Positions 31,182 to 39,394 of a DNA stretch of 64,000 bases are shown in pieces (the first letter of the stretch is position 1; every line of letters begins with the position of its first letter). The notes beneath the pieces are model-generated. The model searched no databases, was not told where the DNA came from, and saw nothing but the letters and a program-made list of their open reading frames with translations. Origin of the DNA: a virus (lineage: Duplodnaviria; Caudoviricetes); IMG/VR virus record IMGVR_UViG_3300009678_001573, positions 31,907 to 95,906 of that record, one strand, 5' to 3'. The translations under genes were made by a program, and so were the position numbers.

Positions 31182-31196
31182 AATCTACTAATATTA
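31182..31196 (+). promoter_or_regulatory. candidate phage late-promoter motif upstream of sheath/tube
   Basis: AATCTACTAATATTA is 14/15 identical to 9626-9640 and sits in the largest intergenic gap (31168-31441). Confidence 0.45.
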
Positions 31197-31441
31197 TGAA
31201 ATATAGTATAAGTTAGGTGTGTATCATTTTGTCGGCGATTAGTATAAGAAAGTGTTAAAGTTTCTGCCGTATATTGTTTTTTGGTCATTATTATAGGCTA
31301 ATAATACGAAAAGACAGCATATTTTAATGTGTAAAATGATAAAAATCGCCCAAAGTATTAATACGGCGAATAAAACGAATAAGAAAACTGTACTAAAATA
31401 GTCAGGGAAAGAATAATTAAATCTAATGAGAGGTTGCTAAT

Positions 31442-34012
31442 ATGCCAAATATTCCGGGGATCGCTGGCTATGTTCAGCCCAACGTATTTAGCCGTGTACG
31501 CACCATCCGTCGATCGGTTTCAATTCCAGGCGGCCTGCGTATTCTTGCTATAATGGGTCTGGGCGAACGTCAGGAGACAATTGTATTAAACGCTGAAGGA
31601 GGCGGTCAAGACGGTGTAAACCCTGACTACGCTGCTTCAACCAGTCCAGATGGTAGACACTTTGTTCTTTCAAGAACGAGTCTAATTCCAAAACGCACTA
31701 CGCTATTATTGGACGGTATTCCGCTTCGGGGTCTTGAACAGACAATCGACCTGGATGCATTCGATGGGCGCTATGATTTCAGATTAGAAACAGAAACTGG
31801 CCGTATAGAACTTCAACGAGCCTCTCTAGTTGACCAAGGAGGAACTTTCGTAGTTCCCTCTGGCTCCAATGTTGGAGATGGTACGGTTACAGTAGAATTG
31901 ATTGATGCTAATGCGCCAACTGAGACTTGGACTATTAGAGCAACGAGCGTTATTCGAGATGCCTACGGCGATCCGGTTCCCGAAAATGCTACGTTTACTG
32001 CTACTGGTTCGGTATCAGGTCAGCCACTGGACGCTTACGGTGCTCCAGTTGTATTCCTCAGCGATGGTAGCACAAGGGATAACGGAATTATTCGTTTGAC
32101 CATTACAGATGGATCAGTTCCATTTGAACGAGGAGATAGATTTACGATTAGAGTTGCTAGCCGTGTATTGAAGCAGGGACAAACCCTTGAAGCAAGATAC
32201 ATAGCAGAGGCAGATTTAAATGATCCTGAGTTCTTTACAGATGCAAATGCTTTGTTCCAGAAACACGGCTTCCCATCTGAAACGAACACACTTTCTCTAG
32301 GCTCACAGATGGCTTTCGAAAACGGAGCCTTCGGTATATTGGCACTTCAGGCTAAGCCAGTATTGCCACGCAGAACAAGCGAAGTGTTATTAGATAGTGA
32401 TGACCCACTTTCTAGTGATTCAGAGGGATATCCTCCAATAGGCTCTCCAGTAACTTCAGCTGACTTGGATGCATTTAGATTTACTATAGATAATGGAGTA
32501 CCAGATGTTGATACTTCGGTAAATATCTTTAAGATTGACCGTGACAGCGGCGATGAAACACAGATATTTCCAACTAAAGTTGCATTTTACGATGCTACAA
32601 TCACTGCAGATCCTTTCAATAACTTCATTGACAGCCCAGATTACACCTTTAGCTACACCGTAATCTTGGATGGTCAAGTTGAAGATGAGGGCCTTGATGG
32701 TGAGGTAGTATCCGGACAAAGTACCTTTACAGCGGCGTCAGCTCAATTCGCAGCTCTCAATATAGAGGAAGGCGAATCAGATACTCTAAAACAAATCAGA
32801 ATTTTCAATCGTGACCAATTTGGAAACGACACCTCTGATGTGGCAGGCTTATATGATATTGCGTCAGTAGGCGATGGCTTGGGTGACAATACAATTGTTA
32901 CTCTTACCAATCCACAAGAAGGCGGCGTACTACCATTCGGACTTTCTAAGACCGACTTGGTATGGGAATTGATTGATCCAGCGGACCAATCAGCAAGACT
33001 ATTGCTTACTTCAGACTTAGCTACAAGTGGAACAATTCGTCAAAGAGACGGAATAAGAGTAACATACATAGATAATGATGATGCAGATTTCTATGATGCA
33101 AACTGGGCAGAGGCTTATGATAAACTAGAAGCTGCCAATGTTCAAATAGTTGTTCCATTGCCTGACCAGTCTTTCAGCGCAGTTCAGCAAGCGGGTAGAA
33201 CTCACGTAGAACTGATGAGTACTACTGCCAATCAACGTGAGCGCGTATTATTAATCGGTGCGCAAACTGGCGTAACCGCAGAGGGACTTATCGGTAGAGA
33301 GTTAGTTGCTGCTGAAGATATTGGCGTTGTAGAAGGTGTCCAGGGTGATGATGTAGAGGAAGTGCTCGGAGGAGATATTGAAGACCTACAGGATTTCAGT
33401 GTAGTTAATAACTATGGAACTACATTCCGCGTTGTTTACTTCTTCCCAGACCAAATTGTCAGAGTAATTAACGGAACTAGAACCAATGTTCACGGCTTTT
33501 ACATGGCCGCGGCTGCTGGAGGTTTGTTAGCATCAACACCAAATGTTGCGATACCCCTAACCCGCAAGATACTCACAGGATTTAGCATCCTTCGTGATCG
33601 TACTTACAAGACTTTAATCCAGAATGAGTTAGGTAATGCTGGCGTTACACTTGTAGTACCTGTAACTGGCGGCGGACAAGTTATGCACGGTAAGACCACT
33701 GTCGCAAGTGGAGCACCAGAGGAAGAAGAGATTTCGGTAGTCTTCATCCGAGACACGGTTGCTACAAGCTTGCGAAGTGTATTACGCGGATTTATTGGAC
33801 AGCCAGAAGATCCAACCTTAACGGCGGCGATGACTACCGTTGTTACAAAGACACTACAAGCCTTAACTACTCAGGGTCTAATCACACAATTTAGAAACCT
33901 CAGTGTAGTAAGGGATGATGTAGATCCAAGACAATGGAATGTTGTTGTAGAAGTACAACCTACTTTCCCCGTAAATTGGATATTCATAGACGTTAGCGTA
34001 GGTGTTCTATAA
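31442..34012 (+). CDS. contractile tail sheath protein (856 aa) with inserted domains
   Basis: N-terminal YVQPNVFSRV arm. The C-terminal EEISVVFIRD.V...LR..L..FIG...WNVVVEVQPTFPVNWIFIDVSV matches sheath C-terminal domains. It is followed by the tube gene. GAGG SD. Confidence 0.9.
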   Translation: MPNIPGIAGYVQPNVFSRVRTIRRSVSIPGGLRILAIMGLGERQETIVLNAEGGGQDGVNPDYAASTSPDGRHFVLSRTSLIPKRTTLLLDGIPLRGLEQTIDLDAFDGRYDFRLETETGRIELQRASLVDQGGTFVVPSGSNVGDGTVTVELIDANAPTETWTIRATSVIRDAYGDPVPENATFTATGSVSGQPLDAYGAPVVFLSDGSTRDNGIIRLTITDGSVPFERGDRFTIRVASRVLKQGQTLEARYIAEADLNDPEFFTDANALFQKHGFPSETNTLSLGSQMAFENGAFGILALQAKPVLPRRTSEVLLDSDDPLSSDSEGYPPIGSPVTSADLDAFRFTIDNGVPDVDTSVNIFKIDRDSGDETQIFPTKVAFYDATITADPFNNFIDSPDYTFSYTVILDGQVEDEGLDGEVVSGQSTFTAASAQFAALNIEEGESDTLKQIRIFNRDQFGNDTSDVAGLYDIASVGDGLGDNTIVTLTNPQEGGVLPFGLSKTDLVWELIDPADQSARLLLTSDLATSGTIRQRDGIRVTYIDNDDADFYDANWAEAYDKLEAANVQIVVPLPDQSFSAVQQAGRTHVELMSTTANQRERVLLIGAQTGVTAEGLIGRELVAAEDIGVVEGVQGDDVEEVLGGDIEDLQDFSVVNNYGTTFRVVYFFPDQIVRVINGTRTNVHGFYMAAAAGGLLASTPNVAIPLTRKILTGFSILRDRTYKTLIQNELGNAGVTLVVPVTGGGQVMHGKTTVASGAPEEEEISVVFIRDTVATSLRSVLRGFIGQPEDPTLTAAMTTVVTKTLQALTTQGLITQFRNLSVVRDDVDPRQWNVVVEVQPTFPVNWIFIDVSVGVL

Positions 34013-34045
34013 TAGCAAGATAACGAATTAGGAGGAATTTAAAAC

Positions 34046-34681
34046 ATGAGTACCTTTCCAAATACTGGAACACAACTAGATCAGGGGCAAACAAACTCTG
34101 GCCTGTCTACTCAAATTATAATCAAAGTAGGCACAGTTGCTGTAGGAGCCCTTCAAAGCTTCGAAGTACGCCAGACCAGAGGCATAGCAAGGATTAAAGA
34201 AATCGGAACTGATGGTGTTATAGAAGCCGTACCAAATGCCGCAACCGAGTATGAAATAACTGCCAATCGCATGGTATTCGATCAATTGAGACTACCAGAA
34301 GCATTCACAAGAGGCTTTCGCTTTATTCATGCTCAAAGAGTCCCATTTGATATTGAAATCTATGATATTTCGTCAGTTAATCCTCCAGCTGGTGAACCCT
34401 CTAGAAGCAATGGGCTTGTTGTTATGACTTATAAAAATTGTTGGTTCTCACAGTATTCAACTCCGTATAACTCGGATAATTATTTGATTACTGAATCAGC
34501 AACCATTGTAGCAGAAACAGGCTTCGTAAATGATACGGGTGCCCCATCGCTAGCAAGCGTTGGCGGAATCAGAGGATATACTCCTCAAACTGATGCTCAA
34601 GCGATTGAGTCTTCATCTAATACTGGTTCGCGAAGAGGCGCTCTAGATGCTTCGGGACTTGTAAACAGTTTGTTTACTTAA
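34046..34681 (+). CDS. tail tube protein
   Basis: Directly after the sheath gene. IIIKVGTVAVGALQSFEVRQTR...EIG...PFDIEIYD...YKNCWFSQYS....ITESATI.AE is the myovirus tube pattern. AGGAGG SD. Confidence 0.88.
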   Translation: MSTFPNTGTQLDQGQTNSGLSTQIIIKVGTVAVGALQSFEVRQTRGIARIKEIGTDGVIEAVPNAATEYEITANRMVFDQLRLPEAFTRGFRFIHAQRVPFDIEIYDISSVNPPAGEPSRSNGLVVMTYKNCWFSQYSTPYNSDNYLITESATIVAETGFVNDTGAPSLASVGGIRGYTPQTDAQAIESSSNTGSRRGALDASGLVNSLFT

Positions 34682-34767
34682 TAGTAGCAGCTGAAGATGA
34701 AAGTCATTAAGCTCCAACCAAGTACTTCTTATATCCCTAGGATACAATTTGAAATTTTATTAATGTG

Positions 34768-34794
34768 GAACAGCGCGCCCATAGGGCGCTGTTC
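34768..34794 (+). terminator. GC-rich stem-loop after the tube gene (terminator/attenuator or mRNA-stabilising hairpin)
   Basis: GAACAGCG-CG-CCC-ATA-GGG-CGCTGTTC forms an 8-bp plus 3-bp stem in an AT-rich gap. The downstream U-tract is weak. Confidence 0.5.
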
Positions 34795-34827
34795 TGCCTT
34801 GTGAATGAATAATAAAGGAGAAAGATT

Positions 34828-35502
34828 ATGACAACCAAAATTACCCATCCATCAATGCGCACTAATAAGCCCGCATCTCCGAGTGGTAACAAACCAGAGG
34901 TGTATGTGGTCGAGGACGCAAGCAATGATTTACAACAATTAGATGACAAGTTGAAGCAATTTGAGAGATCAGAGGTGCCACAATTTGTAGAGGAGCCAAT
35001 TATGCAAGTAGAAAGTCAACCTGTAGAAAATGCACAGCCAGAGCCAACGCCACAAGTTATTAGGCCCCAGGCTGTAGCACCAAGACAATTAGCTACAGCT
35101 CTAACGCCAGAGCTGAAAAGAAAGGCCGAGAGCTTAATTTTCTTTGGAAGAATGACTAAGGATGTTGAGATAGCTGGACACAAATATCAATTAAGCACTC
35201 TTACAAGTAGAGAACAAACCGAAATACTTAAAGCCTTATACAGCGTAGCTGATGCGGCTGACCTCTTCACCGTTCGTTCTTATACTCTTGCCAATGCCCT
35301 AAAATCCGTTGATGGCATCCTAATAGACAATGCAGATGTTTTCGAAGATGAAACAGATGAAACCTTTACTAGTAAATTTCATCGTAGAGTTGCTGTATTA
35401 GATCATATGCAGCTAATGGTTATAGAAAGACTATATAATGAATACAATGAGCTAATAAAAGAGTCAGAATCTGTGGTTACCGGTAGTGCAATAAAAAAAT
35501 AG
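34828..35502 (+). CDS. tail assembly chaperone (gpG-like, short form)
   Basis: Lies between tube and tape measure. Contains YQLSTLTSREQ...LANALKSVDG...LYNEYNEL and ends in a slippery A7 run. AAGGAG SD. Confidence 0.75.
   Translation: MTTKITHPSMRTNKPASPSGNKPEVYVVEDASNDLQQLDDKLKQFERSEVPQFVEEPIMQVESQPVENAQPEPTPQVIRPQAVAPRQLATALTPELKRKAESLIFFGRMTKDVEIAGHKYQLSTLTSREQTEILKALYSVADAADLFTVRSYTLANALKSVDGILIDNADVFEDETDETFTSKFHRRVAVLDHMQLMVIERLYNEYNELIKESESVVTGSAIKK
35493..35499 (+). other. programmed -1 ribosomal frameshift slippery heptamer A AAA AAA
   Basis: The sequence GCA ATA AAA AAA TAG gives an X XXY YYZ heptamer immediately before the chaperone stop codon. This is the canonical position for tailed-phage G/GT frameshifts. 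Confidence 0.75.
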
Positions 35503-35978
35503 TAGAGGAGCCGTGGCACCGACTCCGATGGAAACTCTGTCAAACGTGGAATGTGCCAGTAGACCACAAAATATTTGAAGAGCTTAACTCAGCTCAATGG
35601 CTATGGTACTATCATAGTTTTGTAAAAGACGATGAAGAAAAGTTTGAAACCAATCGAGATTTCGTAGAATATCTTGCAGGCTTCATAGAGCCACAGGCCG
35701 TACAAAAAATTCGAGAATTGCGCAATCGTAATAGTGGTAATACTGGCGGCAAGACAGTTTCAATTGATGATAATAGCTTCGCAAGAGGCATTGAACAAAT
35801 GTTTGGTAGAAAGCTTGGACTAGAGCCAAATCAAGCGGTAGAAGCCAATACAAATACAGCACAGCAAATAAATAGTGGAATAGATGTTACAGATATCATC
35901 AAGAACATGCCTTATTTGCAGAAACCAAAAGATCCAAGTTTGAATTATAAATATTGGGCCCATCTAGATCTGGAGTAA
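35499..35978 (+). CDS. tail assembly chaperone -1 frameshift extension (gpT-like)
   Basis: The -1 frame is open from the A7 run (IVEEPWHRLRWKLCQTWNVPVDHKIFEELNSAQWLWYY...) and joins the annotated 35553 ORF, whose GTG lacks a well-spaced SD. Confidence 0.7.
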   Translation: MVEEPWHRLRWKLCQTWNVPVDHKIFEELNSAQWLWYYHSFVKDDEEKFETNRDFVEYLAGFIEPQAVQKIRELRNRNSGNTGGKTVSIDDNSFARGIEQMFGRKLGLEPNQAVEANTNTAQQINSGIDVTDIIKNMPYLQKPKDPSLNYKYWAHLDLE

Positions 35979-35983
35979 ATTAA

Positions 35984-38497
35984 ATGGCTGACGCATCATC
36001 GCCAGTAGATCAAAATGTTGCAGATTCACTAGAGCGCGCAGCCAACTCGCTAGATGTTGTGACTAGCAAGCTCGATAGTGTTTCTGCCAAGATGGCTGAA
36101 CTATTTGGGCGCCTTGGTACAGAGAGTGTTGAAAAGGCCCAACAGATGGGTGATGCCTTTAAACGATCCACTACTCAGATAGGGCAAATGAACTCTACTA
36201 TGCAATCTACTAAAGCTAGTCTTCAGAGTATTGATGTAGGTAGCTTAACTGGCAGCTTTTCTAATTTGCAAGCCGCTGGTGAGGCTGCTTTTCGTAGTAT
36301 AGCAAGGTCAGCTGCTGGTGCATCTGACTCTGCTTCAAAAGATACAAATAAGGTTATTGAAGGACTCAGTGCATTGGCAGCAGTAGGTGCTGCTGGAATA
36401 CGTGTAAAAGCTTTTGAATTTCCCATTTTAAAGCAGTTAACGGAGGCACAGAATATTATGATGCCTCTACAAAAAACGGCTTTACAAACTGGTATAGCGT
36501 TTGGAGATTCTTTTAATAAAGCAAACTCACATGTTAATGCCTTTATGTCGACTGTCACAGATTCAATAATGACAACCCAAGAAACTGGAGAAAGAGTTTC
36601 TGGAGTCATGGCCGGGCTCGGAGATGCCTTTGGTGCAACCGGAGCAACAACCGCAATAACTAATTTGGCCAAAGCTACTAACCAGATACAGGGTGTGCTA
36701 AATCTCACGAATGTTGCAATGTTAGCTGGCAAGGCCACTGGAACTGATTATGGTCAAATGGTCGGTCTTCTTAATCAGGCACATTTGGAGTTGGGCGAGG
36801 GAATAGATGGAGCAGCTCTTACTTTAGGACGCATAGGGCAAGCAGCAGAAAAATCTGGACTGAGCTACAAGAGAGTTGCAGATAGTATTCTGAATTCAAC
36901 ATCAGCATTAAAAATGTTTGGTGGAACAGTTGGTTCTGTAGCACCTTTGTTTGAAAAGTTTTCAGCCAGTTTGGCAGAAGGCCGTAAGGGTTTAGCACCA
37001 GAATTATTACAAAAGTTTACCAGTGGGCTTCAAGCAATGAGCTTTGAACAAAGAGCTTTTCTTGGTATACAGGCTCCTGGTGGTACAGGTCGCGGCGGCG
37101 CCATTGGTGCCGGCCTTGAAATGGAAGCCGCTCTTGAAGAAGGCCCAGCTGGAATGCAAAAGATTATGGATAATCTAACGTCTGCTTTAGAAAAATTTGG
37201 CGGTGGAAGAATTGTCAGTAGAAAAGAAGCAATTGAAGATCCAACACTTCAGCGCAATTTTATGATACAAAGACAATTGCTACAGAATATGATGGGCCTA
37301 GATACTGCTTCCGCAAATAAGACCCTAGACATGCTACAAGAGGTTCAAAAGACAGGACTTAAAACTGGTCAGGGCCAAGAAGAAAAACTAGCAGAATTAA
37401 TTGGTAGCGGAGAACAAGTCGCTAAAGACACTACAACGAATCAAGCTAAAGCTATAAATAATATGAGTGTAGCAGTAGTTAATGCTGTTAAAGAAGTGAG
37501 CGCCCTTCTTAAAGAAGGTAAAGCCGGAACAGCTGTATCAAAATTAATGCAAAATTTTGATACAGCTATGGAAAATATGGCCAAAAGGGGCAAGTTTGAT
37601 ATTAAGGAGACCAAACGTGACTTGCTTAGAGGTTTAACTGGGGATGAAGTAAAAACAGCCAATAAATATTTACAAATGACCGGCACACCAGGTGGCACTG
37701 ATGCTTTATTAAAACAATTAGCTTCACAGGGCCCAGAGAGATTGGGTTTAATTCGCCAGCGTCAAGCAAGAGGGCCGGTAGAGCCTGAAAAACCAGTAGC
37801 TGTAGAATTAAATGTTCCCGAAGAGACTTTGTTGCCAGGTAAATTAGAACAGATACTTGCCGAAAAGGGTGTTCCTGCGGCAACTCCTGCTATATCATCA
37901 GAGCCAGTACGACAGGCGGCCAGATTACCAGAAACGCCAAGAAATGTTTTATTTCAGCAGCCTGTCAAGTCGCCAGAAATACCAAGGCCAGAACCAACTG
38001 GTATTTTTGATCCAACCTTGACCGATACTATTAAGAAAATTACCAAGCCAGGATTAGAAGCACCGCGTCCAGCAACTCGTGAAGCCCCCGCCACCACCGC
38101 GCCGGCGAAAGCAGAGACAGTTGAACGAAATATTACTGCTGAAAATATGCCAAGATTTCCTGGCGCCCAGCCATTAGAGGCTATGGCTCGCGGGCAAATT
38201 GATATGGCTAGACCGCAATCGACTATAAATACTCAGCCACAAGAAATTATAGCTAGAGAAAGTGCACAAAGAATAAGATTACAGCCACCAACCAATCAGG
38301 TTACAGAAACTGTTAGAAGGGAAAAACAGGAAGCGGCTGTCGCGACTGCTGCGGCTACAGCAAATGTAAGCCCTGCTCCTGTTGCTGCACGTCCTCCAGT
38401 TGAGCGTGAGATTATTATTACGGCTAAATTAGAGAACGATACCATTAAGCTTGGTACATCTTGGAAGCGAATGCTAATAGACAATGAGGAGACCTAA
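35984..38497 (+). CDS. tape measure protein (837 aa) with Pro-rich C-terminal region
   Basis: Follows the chaperone pair. The first ~600 aa are A/G/S/L/M/Q-rich and helical with few aromatic residues. GGAG SD. Confidence 0.75.
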   Translation: MADASSPVDQNVADSLERAANSLDVVTSKLDSVSAKMAELFGRLGTESVEKAQQMGDAFKRSTTQIGQMNSTMQSTKASLQSIDVGSLTGSFSNLQAAGEAAFRSIARSAAGASDSASKDTNKVIEGLSALAAVGAAGIRVKAFEFPILKQLTEAQNIMMPLQKTALQTGIAFGDSFNKANSHVNAFMSTVTDSIMTTQETGERVSGVMAGLGDAFGATGATTAITNLAKATNQIQGVLNLTNVAMLAGKATGTDYGQMVGLLNQAHLELGEGIDGAALTLGRIGQAAEKSGLSYKRVADSILNSTSALKMFGGTVGSVAPLFEKFSASLAEGRKGLAPELLQKFTSGLQAMSFEQRAFLGIQAPGGTGRGGAIGAGLEMEAALEEGPAGMQKIMDNLTSALEKFGGGRIVSRKEAIEDPTLQRNFMIQRQLLQNMMGLDTASANKTLDMLQEVQKTGLKTGQGQEEKLAELIGSGEQVAKDTTTNQAKAINNMSVAVVNAVKEVSALLKEGKAGTAVSKLMQNFDTAMENMAKRGKFDIKETKRDLLRGLTGDEVKTANKYLQMTGTPGGTDALLKQLASQGPERLGLIRQRQARGPVEPEKPVAVELNVPEETLLPGKLEQILAEKGVPAATPAISSEPVRQAARLPETPRNVLFQQPVKSPEIPRPEPTGIFDPTLTDTIKKITKPGLEAPRPATREAPATTAPAKAETVERNITAENMPRFPGAQPLEAMARGQIDMARPQSTINTQPQEIIARESAQRIRLQPPTNQVTETVRREKQEAAVATAAATANVSPAPVAARPPVEREIIITAKLENDTIKLGTSWKRMLIDNEET

Positions 38498-39381
38498 TGT
38501 CTAAACCGGTATTTAAAGCTGGCCCACTAACAATTACGGCACAAGACGCTGGCCAGATCAGAGACACAATTAATGCCTTTTCCCCATTTCCAAATACACG
38601 AATGGGTACGGGCATTACTAACAGAGACCAGCAAATCATTTCCTGGCGGCTTCCTAATGGCACTGCCGTTCAGATGTATATTAACCCTCAAAGCCTTTCT
38701 ATACAACACAATAAACAAATAAACACGGTAAGAACTAAAGGTGGTTATGTAGTGCAATACTGGGGTAACGAATTGACTCAAATTACAGTTGAAGGTACCA
38801 CAGGCTCATCTGGTATCAAAGGTATCAATGTACTAGAAGACATTTATAATGCAGAAAATAGAGCATTTGAGTTGGTAGCCCAGGCACAAACCAATGGTCT
38901 AATAGACCGAATAGGCGGGAGTGATGCTGATTTGGCTGATTCTGTTTTGCCAAGTTTAGCTAGCGAATTGAGCAACAAAAATTTTATTTTGCGTCCGTCG
39001 CTAGCCTCATTAGCTACCAGTATTCTTATGTTTTATCAGGGGGTTCAATACAAAGGCTTTTTCAAAGGCTTTTCTGTAAGAGAGAGCGTTGATCAATTAG
39101 GTATGTTTAATTATACAATGAATTTCGTAGCAACTGAAATTCGTGGCAAGCGTGATAACTTTATGGCTTGGCACAAAGAACCCATGGCCGACGACCTCGC
39201 TGGCCAATTAATAAATGGTATAGGCAACTCACTGCGCAGATCTTTTGGTTTGAGTGATCAGGCTCCAGAGTCCTTCCATCCGGAAAATGCTCCTCTTACT
39301 TTCGGTGGAAATTCATTAGCAGCTCAACTTGGATTTACTTCAGGCGAGCAACAGGCAATACAACAAGATTTAATTTTCTAA
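38497..39381 (+). CDS. baseplate tail-tube initiator-like protein
   Basis: MYINPQSLSI...RTKGGYVVQYWGNELTQITVEGTTG...YKGFFKGFSVRES...FNYTMNF is a tube-fold initiator pattern. It is translationally coupled (TAATG) to the tape measure gene. Confidence 0.7.
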   Translation: MSKPVFKAGPLTITAQDAGQIRDTINAFSPFPNTRMGTGITNRDQQIISWRLPNGTAVQMYINPQSLSIQHNKQINTVRTKGGYVVQYWGNELTQITVEGTTGSSGIKGINVLEDIYNAENRAFELVAQAQTNGLIDRIGGSDADLADSVLPSLASELSNKNFILRPSLASLATSILMFYQGVQYKGFFKGFSVRESVDQLGMFNYTMNFVATEIRGKRDNFMAWHKEPMADDLAGQLINGIGNSLRRSFGLSDQAPESFHPENAPLTFGGNSLAAQLGFTSGEQQAIQQDLIF

Positions 39382-39394
39382 AGGAAAACTTTTA

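Noticed and set aside
31168-31441. Structured ncRNA or riboswitch in the 274-nt gap before the sheath gene
   Set aside because: Only short 7-8 nt complementary pairs were found (GGCGATT/AATCGCC, GCCGTAT/ATACGGC, ATCATTTT/AAAATGAT). They are not nested, the background is AT-rich, and no known RNA family is recognisable.
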